DNA of 64,000 bases from Chrysemys picta bellii (lineage: Eukaryota). The stretch is taken from positions 30,256,001-30,320,000 of the forward strand of contig NC_088797.1 in assembly GCF_011386835.1 (NCBI RefSeq). Direction: 5' to 3'. Shown here one piece after another: positions 34,101 to 44,268 of this stretch. The notes beneath the pieces were generated by a model that was not told the origin of the DNA, did not search any database, and saw only the letters and a program-made list of their open reading frames with translations. Within the stretch, counting starts at the first letter, position 1, and each line of letters begins with the position of its first letter. Both the position numbers and the translations under genes were made by a program.

Positions 34101-36734
34101 GAATAAAAAATAAGGTATTCAAAAGTTTAACAAATGGAGGGCAAAGTTACTCTTCGCCTGGGGCACCATTTGGTCAAGGGTCGGCCCCGACCACGACTGG
34201 ATGTTATTCCGTAAGATCTGCTCAGTAAGTTCAACCAGGAATGGTTCCGGGCCGGCCTCTGGCCTGTGCTAGACAGGAGGCCAGACTGAATGATCACAGT
34301 CGGCTCTTCTGGCCTTGAAATCCGTGATACCCCTAACCCTGGGAGGAAATTTGCATTAACCCATAGTCCCCACTGAAGGCTGCTCCACGTCCCAGCCAGC
34401 CAGGGGCGCTACTGGGGGGCATAGGGAGACACCTGGTAGTGCTGGCTGCACAGACCCTCCCCCAACCCCTAGACCCCCCACGTACCTGCACAGCAGCCCC
34501 CAGCAGCAGCAGCAGCAGCTTCCGCATCTCGTTGATGCCCTGCTCTAAGACAGTGGGAGGGAAGGGTGAATACAGCCAGAGACAGCCCCCTTTCACCCCT
34601 CCAGGGGATCAGACCCTGGGCCCATCCAGCCCAGTATCCCACCTCTCCAGCTCCTCAGACAGAACCAGACCTATGGACCCATTGAGCCCGGTACTGCCCC
34701 CCCAAACAGTTACCTGTCAGGGGGTCTCTGGCGAGAAGCTGCACATTAGGGGGAGTCATTAGAATCAGCTGCTGCAAATCATCCTGCAAAGGTCAAAGGT
34801 TAGATGTCAAGAACATTTGATAAGTGGGAGGGGCTCCCCCTGCGTCTGCCCCATACCCCCCCGGAGGAGCTCCCTGGGTGTCACTGTGGAGTGAATGACT
34901 CCCCCAGCTATGCGTCAGGAGCTGCACAAACGCTGACCACTTCCCCTTCCTGCCTGCCTGCCCCTGTGGATTGCACATCACAGAGGTGAGAGAGGAACGG
35001 CTCCCTGTGCACTTAGCTGAGCAGCGGGCCCGCAAACACGAGACCATGAGTGTACACAGACACAAGTGTGCAAATGCGAGCACGTGAGAGTACACTGCCG
35101 GCAGAGACACAAGTGTGCAGTGTACACAGGCAGCAGGGGGCAAGGCAGACCCAAGTGTGCTCCTCAGGCCCCCAGCCACTCCACGCCCCGGGGGACAGAG
35201 GTTCACTCCCTGGGCGTGCTGCCCCCCATCCCAGCACCCCCACCTGGTAGAAAGCGCGAAGCTGCTGCAGCAGGGTGTGCAGGGTCTGGAGTCGCAGCCT
35301 CTCGTCGCCCTGCTGGCTCTGGGGTGGCCGGGCACGCCACGGGGTTGGGTCTCTGCTGGGGGGGAATAAAAGGAATGGGTGAGACACCCCCCACTGCCCA
35401 CCAATTGGGCCTCGCAACACAGCCTAGACCCCCCATTTGGGCCCTTCAAACACAGTTGAGAGTCCCCACCAGTGCTCCCCTGCTGGGCCCCCCCAACATG
35501 GCCCAGAAGCCCCCCAGCTGGTCCTCCCAGCACAGCCTGGGCCACCCACTGCCTGCCCAGTGGTCCCACCAATACAGCCCCTCCTCATGGCCCCCCAGCT
35601 GAGCCCCCAAATACAGCCCCAGCCCCCCACTGCCTCCCAACTGGGTTCCTCAACCCAGCCCAGACCCCCCTACTGCCTCCCAGCTGGGCCCCCCAACACA
35701 GCCCAGATCCCCCACTGCCTGCACAGCTGGTTCCCCACCTCTGTTCCCCCTTCCTCACTGCCCGTCACTCACATCAGCCCCATGACTTGGGTGAGGAAGG
35801 CTCCATCTGCCAGGTGCAGGAAATACTCCCGGGCCCTCGCCTGTCTGTCTGGGGCACTGGGACTTTGGGGCTCGTCCTCCACCCACCCCATGGGCACCAG
35901 ATTCTCCAGCGTCCGCACCTGGGGAGCAGAGACAGGTAGCACTGTTATTGCCCCTCCCTGACCTGGGCCTGGCAGGGCCTGACACCAGTGCCCCCACTCA
36001 GTCCAGGGGGTCCCTGCTCACCCTCTCCCCGGGCCTAAGGTCTCCACCCTTATGAGCCAGGGGTCCCATGGAGGCTCCTGCGCTGCCCCTCGCAGTGCAC
36101 AGGATGTGCTTCCCTCCCCCACGCCTGTTTCCAAGCTGTCTGTGGGAGTCCGGGCCCAGACGAGGGTGTCGGGGCCAGGGTGTCAGGGAAGGTCCCAGCC
36201 CCGGGGGCCCCTTCTGGGGCTTGTGCCTCCCCCACACCAACCCTGGGGATGGGTCCTTCCTCCCTCTCCCAACAGATCACTCCCACCGCACCCCCACAGA
36301 GCACCCCTACGTCAGCCCAAATCCCCAACTCACTTCTAACCCACAGCTCACCCCCAGCTCCCATTCACTCCAACTTTTCCAGCCACCCTCACCTCACCTC
36401 ATTTAACCCCCAACCCCAATCCCCTCCCTCCTCACACAAGCCCACTCTCCACCCCATTGCTAGAGGGGTAGGTATAGTGTCCCGATTGCGTGGGCATGGG
36501 AGGGCAGGATTCTGCACAGTTCTATCCCTGCCCCCCCCCCCCCCAAGGCCACAGCTCCCCACAAGGGCACGGCTCCCACCCCCACCCCCGAGGGGCACAG
36601 CTCCGCCCAGGGCATGTCTCCCATCCCTTCCCAGAGATGCACAGCTCCCCTCTCCCAACCACACTCACCCATGTGACAAGGGGACCCGAGACGAAATCCC
36701 CCAGGCTCTCCCAGACACGCCCGTCCCTGTCCAT
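13142..36734 (-). CDS. CCDC88B: Coiled-coil domain-containing protein 88B (Hook-related, Gipie), 27 exons, 1453 aa
   Basis: Exons: 36669-36734, 35773-35918, 35244-35355, 34714-34783, 34486-34544, 31977-32060, 30870-31010, 30434-30576, 30095-30176, 29565-29723, 27795-27941, 25817-25955, 25555-25733, 24798-24938, 22572-23357, 22105-22229, 21563-21704, 21320-21463, 20840-21001, 17840-18117, 16722-16865, 16310-16496, 14728-14873, 14471-14566, 13908-14059, 13481-13759, 13142-13194. Sum 4362 nt, in frame. Starts [22 protein letters not shown]; Hook-like N-terminus ([31 protein letters not shown]); long coiled coil; [52 protein letters not shown]; ends [12 protein letters not shown]. Confidence 0.93.
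15048..15810 (+). mobile_element. Solo LTR-like element
   Basis: Starts TGTGACAG, AATAAA at 15512-15517, LTR-like U5 section; GGGTGG flanks both ends (15042-15047, 15811-15816) as a possible TSD; family recognised from memory only. Confidence 0.5.
17258..17412 (+). repeat. Unclassified interspersed repeat; second copy at 63760-63950
   Basis: Shared ATCCTGGGCTTCCTCCCCA, GCTGAGAGGTGA, GGGCCAGGCCAGGCTGTT(C/T)CCAGGCTCT, CTCTGTAATGCTGGATTCCAG, GGCTTGCTTGGA in the same order and orientation. Confidence 0.7.
18500..20490 (+). mobile_element. Composite of CR1 LINE fragments (ORF2 end and 3' UTR), interrupted by MITEs
   Basis: CR1 hallmarks: aaaaaggccaatgcgatcctaggctg, cagttctggtcacccatgttc, ctgggcctgtttagcctg, ggtcccttctggccttaaactct; a GTCTACAC-type element near 19520-19730. 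Confidence 0.75.
18694..19005. mobile_element. Non-autonomous hAT MITE (Charlie/SPIN-like TIR), 312 bp
   Basis: TIRs CAGGGGTAGGCAACCT / AGGTTGCCGACCCCTG; perfect 8-bp TSD GTCTAATA (18686-18693, 19006-19013); inserted into CR1. Confidence 0.92.
20491..20860. repeat. 68-bp tandem repeat containing the CCDC88B exon 19 end and donor
   Basis: CTGTCTCAC starts at 20491, 20559, 20627, 20695, 20763, 20831; the last is the genuine junction. Confidence 0.92.
26451..26710. mobile_element. Degenerate GTCTACAC/GTGTAGAC-type MITE (possibly PIF/Harbinger-derived)
   Basis: Imperfect TIRs AGGCCTTGTCGACA / TGGAGACCAAGCCT, internal GTCTACA; superfamily uncertain. Confidence 0.5.
27030..27240. repeat. 79-bp tandem repeat (3 copies) with CTCF-like core
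   Basis: CCAGCAGAGGGCGC 27055, CCAGCAGGGGGTGC 27134, CCAGCAGGAGGCGC 27213. Confidence 0.85.
28050..28708 (+). mobile_element. LTR-like fragment
   Basis: AT-richer block ending CCGAGAACCGTCACA (LTR-type CA end); shares gctgctcctttggg-type motif with the element at 15048; 5' end unclear. Confidence 0.45.
29745..30085. repeat. G-rich minisatellite filling CCDC88B intron 9
   Basis: Repeated GGGGAACAGGGTCAGGGCACTGGGGC variants. Confidence 0.85.
31030..31745. repeat. Compound minisatellite in CCDC88B intron 6
   Basis: GGCCTCCCCTCACATGTCTGCACCGGCACATA and CCAGCTCCTCACATGG modules in higher-order repeats. Confidence 0.9.
32400..34330 (+). mobile_element. CR1 LINE 3' fragment split by a hAT insertion
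   Basis: gttaagaaactggagaaggctcagagaagagc...gaagctggacaaattcagactggaaataagg...gattctccatcactggcaatg, resuming after 34197 with tggatgtt...cttctggccttgaaatc. Confidence 0.8.
32773..34189 (+). mobile_element. Internally deleted hAT DNA transposon with transposase remnants
   Basis: 8-bp TSD ACCACAAC/ACCACGAC (32765-32772, 34190-34197); imperfect TIRs CACGGGCTGA / TCGGCCCCG; broken ORFs 33113-33370 ([16 protein letters not shown]...[19 protein letters not shown]) and 33482-33814 ([11 protein letters not shown]...[24 protein letters not shown]...EEKFKREFF), typical of hAT/ZMYM1-like transposases. Confidence 0.85.
35385..35745. repeat. Degenerate minisatellite in CCDC88B intron 2
   Basis: CCCCACTGCCT..CCAGCTGGGCCCCCCAACACAGCC recurs about 6 times. 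Confidence 0.75.
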
Positions 36735-36749
36735 CCTCTGCTTGGGTCT

Positions 36750-36870
36750 CTGTGGTTGGTGCGGATCCCACAAAGGGGGACCCTGCACCCAGGTGTGTCC
36801 GCTCCCCCCCCCCGCCCCAGCCAGGCTCCCCCCACTGGTTTTCTGCTCTGCGCAAAGAGGAACTTCCGCA
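36750..36870 (-). promoter_or_regulatory. Candidate CCDC88B proximal promoter with ETS/PU.1-like and RUNX motifs
   Basis: AAAGAGGAACTTCCGC at 36854-36869 (back-to-back GGAA/TTCC ETS cores) and TGTGGT at 36751-36756, just upstream of ATG 36734. Confidence 0.4.
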
Positions 36871-38248
36871 AACGGGAGCGGCTGGGGTGGGGGGGGCCTG
36901 CAGGGACGCCAGGAAACCAGCACCCACAGCAGACCTGCTGTGGGTGGGAGGAGGGAAACTCCCATCGGCGCCTACCAGACTCCTGAAAGCTGCCGGTAGG
37001 TCTCTCCCCACCCCCAGCTTGGGGAGAATTGGGGACCTTTCCCAATCGGCCCATCTACCTCAGTATCCCACGTCTCCCCTGCTCTAGATCGGATCCATAG
37101 GCCCATCTGGCCAGTATCTTGTCTGCCTCCTGCCTGAGATCAGACCCATCTAGATCAGTATCCTGCTCCACTCCCTCCAGATCAGACCTTTGGGCCCCCC
37201 TGCCTTGGATCAGCCCCTTGGGCCCATCTAGCCTGGCATCCTGCTTCCAACTGTGGCCAGCCCTGAAGGAAGGGCCCCAGCAATCAACAGCCATGGAGCA
37301 AACCTGGAGAGGAGGTGACGGGCACCCCTCTCCTGATCACGTCAGGGCGGGACTGGCTCCTTCCCTTAATCGGGGGTGTGTGCGGTGGACCCCCTCCCCA
37401 CCACCACCAAGTCTCCCCAGTATAAACCTGTAGGCATCGTTCCTGGTCAGATCTTGACATCATCTAGCAGTGGGGAGATCCACTATGCCCCATAGGTGAC
37501 AGCTGTACTGCCTTTCAGCACCCCACATCCTTGTGATGGGGGGAGCAACACAGCAGCCCCCCTGGGACATGGCTCTCAGCTCCCACCACTGAGACCCTTT
37601 CTCCCAAACCCCACTTAGCCCCCTAAGAGTCTCTCTGCTCTATCTCCCAGTACCCCCAATGCTGCTAGGTTGGGGGGCCTGCTCTGAACCCCCAATCCAA
37701 GGGGATGGGTCTCCAATTGATTCAAATCCTGCTCCTTATAGGGCTGCAGTGGCTAGCCCAATGGATGTGGGCCCACTCTTGGTTGGGGGGCGGTAGTGTG
37801 TGGAGCACCCGGCCTGACAAGGGCTCTTAACACAGACCCATAATACACCTCAGAAATCATTTTAGGCCAGAGGCAAATAATCTCCCCACGCTGGTGGCAA
37901 CGCAGCCGCAGGGGAACATCCTGCGCCCCCTGCTGCTGTGAGGGGCAGGAAATCAGCCCCCCAGCACCGTGCATTGTCCTGGCTCAGATTTCATTTCTGG
38001 GAAGGAGCCAGGACAACCTATGAACCTAAGCAGCCAATGGCTGGGGAAAGGAGCCAGGGCTCCTGGCCTTGGGGGCGGGAGGTAGGGAGGCCTGAACATG
38101 GGGCAGGAGTGGGAATCTCAGGCCTCCCACTCTGGGAAAAGTAGGGGGCTGGGTCTCATGGGCTAGAGGGCTGGAGGGATTTGGGGTTCCTGGTCTGAGG
38201 GGGAAGGAGGCCCGTGTTCTCACTCTGGGGGAGGTGGGGAGCTGAGAG

Positions 38249-38371
38249 TAGGGTGACCAGACAGCAAGTGTGAAAAATCGGGACGGGGTGAGGGGGTAAT
38301 AGGAGCCTATATAAGAAAAAGACCCCAAAATTGGGACTGTCCCTATAAAATCAGGACATCTGGTCACTCTA
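38249..38371. mobile_element. hAT-Blackjack-like MITE (TAGGGTGACCA TIR), copy 1
   Basis: TIR TAGGGTGACCAGA / TCTGGTCACTCTA; TSD GCTGAGAG/GCTGGGAG (7 of 8). Confidence 0.85.
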
Positions 38372-39151
38372 GCTGGGAGTAGTCAGGGCTCCTGGCCTGG
38401 GCAGACAGAGGGGAGTGGAGCCAGGGCATTGCAGGGGGAGAATTCTAGCACAGGGAGGGGCAGTTTCCAAGACCCACCTCCCTTCCCCCTCACACCAAAC
38501 ATGGTGGAGCACAAGCACCCCCTTGTGGCCATGCTGGGGCCCACACCAAAGATCCTGCTTGGGAGTGGTCAGTGGGGTCCTGCTTTGAGGTGGGCGGGGG
38601 AGGCGCTGAGTCCCAGTCGCCCCTCAAGTCCAGGGGGCCAAGCCTAGATCTTGTGACCCTTTGACCCAGGGCTAGGGGAGATCATGACACCAGGGGGACC
38701 CCGTGCCAGCCCCAGCTCAGCAAATCAGAGACCCTGGGGAGAGGCTCCACAGGGGAGGGGGCTCTAGTATGACTACTCACCCATGGCAGGGAAATCAGGG
38801 CAGCAAGAAACCTGCCCCCTTGATTCAACATTGCTCCCAGAGATCCCCCCCACCCTATCTCTAGGGCACAGACACCCCCCCACACACACACACACACCAG
38901 CAATCTCCCTCTGCTTGTGTGGCCCCTGCCCCTCCAGGCTGTTTATTCTGCCCCCAAGGCCTCAAGGAGATTATGAGATTGGAGGGGGGATGCAGGAGGC
39001 ATGGGCAGGCCAGCACTCGGTGGGAGGAGGGCTGAGCAGGATAGAATTGGGGTCTGGGTCACTCCCTTGTTTCCACCCCTAGCATGCCTTGTCTATGCCT
39101 GTCCCCCCCTCCCCCCCAGCAGAGAGACAGAGGCAGGGCTGGTGAGAACCA

Positions 39152-39157
39152 TTTATT
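39152..39157 (-). terminator. Polyadenylation signal (AATAAA) of PRDX5
   Basis: Plus-strand tttatt about 250 nt after the stop at 39406. Confidence 0.7.
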
Positions 39158-39405
39158 CCACTTGATACACAGCATGATGGGGCAGTACACCATCATCAGG
39201 GCATGAGTGCCCTCTAGAGGCCAAGCCCATGACAGCAGGAGCAGCAGCAGCACTGCACCCCTCCCCCCCCCCCACCCTCCCCCAGGGGGAGGCCATCATA
39301 TCATGCAGGGAAAGGATGGTGCGCTGCCCCACTCCTGGTGCTAGGGCGGGCGGGGGGGAAAGAGAGGAGGGAGCAGCAGCAGGAGGGACCCTGGTGTCCT
39401 GGTGC

Positions 39406-42400
39406 TCAGAGTTGAGAGAGGATGTGGTTGGCCAGGCTGCAGGTCAGCCCTGTTCCATCCTCCTCCACGTTGAGAGCCTTCACCACACCATCCTCCAGCA
39501 CCATGGAGAACCTGAGAGAGATGGGGGGGTGTCAGTGCTAGGGCCCCCTCCTCACCGTGCCATCCTCCACCACAAAAAAACTGGGAGGGGTCAGGGTGAG
39601 AACACAATGGGGGCTCCCCCTCTCCTCCCCTCCCCTTCCCTCCAGGGATTCCCCTCTCCCCACCTCCCACCCTATCGTCCACCACCATGGAGAACCCAGG
39701 GGGGAGATTGGGAGTTCAGTGTGGGGACACAGCCAGGGCTCCCTCCCACATCTCCTAGCGCCCTCTACCCCCATCATGGAGAAGGGAGGGTTGGGGGTAT
39801 CAGTGTGGGGATATAGCCAGGGGGGCTTTGCCTCTCCCAGGTTTTCCCATGGAGATGGAGAAGAGGACTTCTCCTCCTCCCCACATCCAGCCCCCCATCC
39901 CCAGGCAAAGGGGACACCCCAGAGGCCCATCGTTGCAACTGCAGGGGTGCATCCTCTCCCCTCTGAGCTCCTAACACTCATCCCCATGCCCATCCCTCGC
40001 CTGTACAGAGAACCCCAGCTCTCTCAAGGTGGGTATCCTCAGAGGCTGCTGGGGGGTAAGGAGCCCACTGCTTTACCTTTTGCAGCGGTTGGTCCCAAAG
40101 AGGTCACGCAGGGTCTCCTTGTCCAGCAGCAGTTCCGTAGCCTAGGGGAGAAAGGGAAAGCAAGGAGGGAGTCAGACAGCCCCCCCAGTCCTCTCCAGGC
40201 AGAGGACACAGCCCAGGAACTTCCCCCTGCAAACAGGCCTTCACTTCTGGAGCTGCTTGGTCCTCAGATGCTCTTTGACCCCAACCCAGCCACCGTTGTT
40301 GGTGTCAGGGAGGTGGCACTGGAGGGACAGAATCTTGGATGCCTCTAATAGGGGATGGGGGTTCCACTGCCCCTTCCCCCACAGTCCCAGAGCAGGAACA
40401 CCCCCGGGGGGTGGATCTGACACAGCAGGTAGGGGAGGAGCAGAGGACACAGTGGCGTGGGAAAGAGGACTAGCCAAGGAGTGGGGGCCCTGAATCTTGG
40501 CTGTTGAGCTGGTTAGGAGGGGAAAGGCCAGGGATGGATACATAGACAGGTGGGTAGGGAGACTGGGACTGATCCTGCTCCAGGAGGAGGATACCCCCAC
40601 CTGGCGCCTGAGGGCACGGGTTGGGTGGGTGGGGCATTACCTTTCCGAAAGCTCCAGTGGGGTCAGCCAGCATCCGCACCTGGGGGCAGGGAGGGGGAAA
40701 GGGTTAGGGAGCCAGTGAAGAGGCGCCTGTGAGGTGGGCGGGAGGGTAGGAGTGGCAAGAGCCACACCCACTCCTGAGGTTACACAACCTATAGATGCCC
40801 CCTTGCGTAATCAACAGCTCCTACTGAGAAGGGAAGTGCTCACTGCTGCCTGGAAGTCACTCACTGTCTGCAGGGGTGGGGGCAGGGCTCCTGCAGCATT
40901 GGGGTTAGGATGCTGGTGAGTGGGGGAGAGAAAAGACTCCTCCCCTTTCCCTGAGACTCAGCACCATACACCCCCTATAAGGACACTGCCCTGGGCCTCG
41001 ACCCCTGCTCACTCCCCCTGCCCTGGGTCCCCTAGTCCCACCCTCTGTATTCCCCTTGCTATGGTCCCTGGGACTCTCCACATTCCCCGTGGCTGGTGCC
41101 CCCACCTGCCCTCTGTGCTCCTCCTGGTCTGGACTGTGTGCCCCCCTCACCCTGGGTGCTATAGCTCAACCCCCCCACACACACTCCCCCTGCCTTGCCC
41201 TCCCTTCACTCCCCTTGTCCTGGGCCCCGTAGGCCTTGCTCCCTTCTCTCCCCAGCTCATCTTGCCCCAGGCGCCTTGTGCCTTGCCCCCCACCCCACCC
41301 CCCGGCTCACCTTGCCTTGGGCCCCTTGGGCCTTGCCCCACTCGCTCATAACAAAGACATCGTTCACGGCCAGGCAGGCGATCAGCTCCACTCCCTTGGC
41401 CTTCAGTGCCCCAGCCTGCTCCACGTAGCCCGGCAAGTGGGTCTGAGGGGGGCAGGAAGAACATTAGTTCCTCAGCATGCGGGGTGGGGTGGCAGCATCA
41501 GACACCAGCCCAGGGATCCAGGCAGGGAGTTGGGCAGCCCCTGGCTTGCAAGGGCACACAACTCACAAATGTGTCCTTTTCTAGTCCACCCTGCGGCTCC
41601 CTTGGCCCCAGCTCTGGTGGATGAGTTCTGGGGAGCTGGGTGGGGTGGGGTGGGGGATACTCCGAGGAGGGGGGTGAGGGAACTCTGGGATGGGGGTTCC
41701 AGGGAGCAGGGTGTGTGAGGAGCCATTCTAGAATGAGGGGGTGCTCTAAGGTAGGGAGTTGCAAAGGGTTGGGGAGGGGATGCTCTGGAGTTGGTGTGTG
41801 TGTTCTAAAATGGGTAGGGTAGTGGGGGGAGGGGAAGGGGGCACTGTGGGGGGAGTCTCCATGCCTTACCTTGGAGCAGCCAGGGGTGAAGGCACCAGGC
41901 ACCCCGAAGAGAATCCCCTTCTTGCCCTTGAAGAGTGCAGCCACATCCACCTTGGTGCCGGGATCCTCCTCGTACACCTCCACACTGGGCAGCTTGTCTC
42001 CAACCTGGGGGCACAGGGGGGGAGAGCTGAAGGGAGGCCAAGCCAAGTCTCCTTGCCCAAGACAAGCGTATGCCAGACCCCCCACAGGGCCTATGCCCCA
42101 TCTCCCAGTGCAGGGGGAGGAGCTACCCCCACTCTGGAATTCCAACTGGGAGCCGGTTCCTCGTGCCCCAGCTACAACCCCCACCCCCGCCCTAGCGCCA
42201 ACAGGGGGGCCTCAAGTAGCTGACTAACGGGGGAGGGGGGGTGTCTCCCTTCCCAGTCACCCAGCCAGCTTCCTGTCTTGGAATCCCGCTCCCCAGCACT
42301 GGGAGGAGGCAAAGACAAGCCTCCAGATGATGCGTAAAGCCTGAGGTGAGCCTCTTCATGGCTGGGGAGCGGGAGAGCCCTGTGTGCATCCCTCAATTGT

Positions 42401-43723
42401 GTCTGTGGGGGGTGTTGTCACTACAACCCATGGGGGGAGGCCTACTGGGAAGACACTCAGTGACTCAGCACCCCTGCCTTGGGAGTTTCCAAACTGATTA
42501 CTCAATCTCATAAGTTGGACACCTCCCCCAGTTCCCTGCCCCCCATACCCCAAATCTTCTGGGTTGCCATGTACCTCCCTTCCCAATCAACCATCCTTCC
42601 TCCCCAGCCTGCTCCTCCTCCCCCCACAGCCCAGCTCCCAGAACCCCAACCAACCCCCATCTTCCCCCCATCCTACCCCTGCCTCCCACTAACCCAGCAT
42701 CCCCAGCTCACACCCACACCTTCCCCCAGCCTTGACCCCATTTCCCCTCCCCCACAATCCAGCTCCCTCTGTCCCCACCTACCCCCCAACCCCTGCTTCC
42801 CATCTCACCCCATAACCTACAGCCTAACTCTAACTCCTCCCCCAACTCTCAACCCCAGCCCTGCTCACCCTTCCCCCAATGTCCCCTTCCCCAGCCTGCC
42901 TTAAACTCACCCCCCAATCAGCCATTTCTACTCTCAACCTCTCGCTGCCCTCCCCGAGATTTGAAGGGAGTTGGGAGCTCAGTGTCACCCCCTTGTTCCA
43001 ACTCCCTCCCCCCAAGTTTGCTCCCTTCCTTGTGAGGCAAGAGTTGGGGGGGAGGGGTCCTGCAAGGGGGTAGTGACCCTCCAAGCTTCAGGGACTGGGG
43101 AAATGGTCTCAGGTTTCAAGGGTCCTGGTTGGGGGGAGGCATCGGCGGCTAAACTAGAGGGTGGGAGAGGGCTCTTCTCTAGCCCTAGGTCCCAGCTGGC
43201 GAGGGGAGCTGCCAGGGGGAGCCCTGCTGGGGGTAGGGTGACCAGATGTCCCGATTTTTGTGTCTTTTTCTTATATAGGCTCCTATTACCCCCACCCCCG
43301 TCCTGATTTTTCACACTTGCTGTCTGGTCACCCTAGCTGGGGGCCCTGATTTTGGAGGGGGCTTGTCCAGGAGGCTCCCCGTTCTCTGCCCCGGGGCCTA
43401 GCTGGGGGCTGATTTAAGGGGGCTCCCTGGGATCGGGCTCTCCCTGCCCCGGGTCTCGCTGGGGCTGAGTTGGGGGGGGGTCCCAGCTAGGGGCGGGGCA
43501 GGTTGGATGGTTGAGACCCCCGGGGTGTCCCGCTCTCCGCCCCGCCCGGTCTCACCTTGACGGGCGCCATGGCAGCTGCTCGGACACCGAAGCTCCTAGT
43601 TCCTCTGGGCTTGGAGCCGGGGAGGGGGGCCGCCCGCAACAGCCCCCGCCCCCGCCGGAGCACCAGCCCCGCCGCACCCCGCCACGCGGTCACCATGGAG
43701 ACCGCCTGAATGACAGTTGCCAT
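39406..43723 (-). CDS. PRDX5: Peroxiredoxin-5 (atypical 2-Cys), mitochondrial precursor 214 aa; short form from ATG 43570
   Basis: Exons 43556-43723, 41870-42004, 41311-41442, 40641-40679, 40077-40141, 39406-39511 (645 nt). Peroxidatic GAFTPGCSKTHLPG, resolving GLTCSLA, C-terminal PTS1-like SQL*. Arg-rich leader before MAPVK (gctgccATGG); a further in-frame ATG at 43696. Confidence 0.97.
43234..43335. mobile_element. hAT-Blackjack-like MITE, copy 2 (opposite orientation, shorter)
   Basis: TIR TAGGGTGACCAGA / TCTGGTCACCCTA; perfect TSD GCTGGGGG (43226-43233, 43336-43343); in PRDX5 intron 1. Confidence 0.9.
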
Positions 43724-44268
43724 GGAAAAGGCCTGGGGGACCTACCAACCTTGGGGTGGACTGGAATGCCCATGCGCCGCAACCCACAGGTCGGTTTGCA
43801 TCACATTTGCATATCATTTGTGGTTCATTTGCATGGCCGGTTTGCACATTGTTTACATACAGATTGATTTTGATTGGCAGGGCGACATTACAAGTGGTTT
43901 GCACGCTGACTTTGCATACAATTAACATATAATTTGTGAATAATCTGAGTGTTTTTCTCCTGCTTTTTACACATCTTAATTTCTTAATTTAAATATAATC
44001 TGCATGCGATTTGAACACTATTTGCATGTCTTAACCCCTTAGTTTCGCGTCTAATTCTTCTCTCCTCCCCATCGGGGACCGGCACCCTCTCTCCAGATCT
44101 CCCCGGAACCCTCAGGTTCGGGTCCGTGTTTCCCTTTCAGCCGCCGGACCCTTTTGAGCAGGGCACATTCCATCCGGAAGTAGTGTTCGGAGGGGTGCGA
44201 TTGAAGTAGCCGAGTATTGGCGTCTCACCGCTTCCCACGTGTGCCGTGACACAGGGAGCGGCGCGAGG
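43724..44268. promoter_or_regulatory. Bidirectional promoter between head-to-head PRDX5 and TRMT112
   Basis: 545 nt between divergent ATGs; CpG-rich flanks; CCGGAAGT ETS/GABP motif at 44174-44181; AT-rich core with repeated ATTTGCAT. Confidence 0.75.

Noticed and set aside
37055-37300. GATC-rich degenerate repeat with 79- and 104-aa ORFs upstream of CCDC88B
   Set aside because: No recognisable protein similarity or splice structure; treated as low-complexity sequence.
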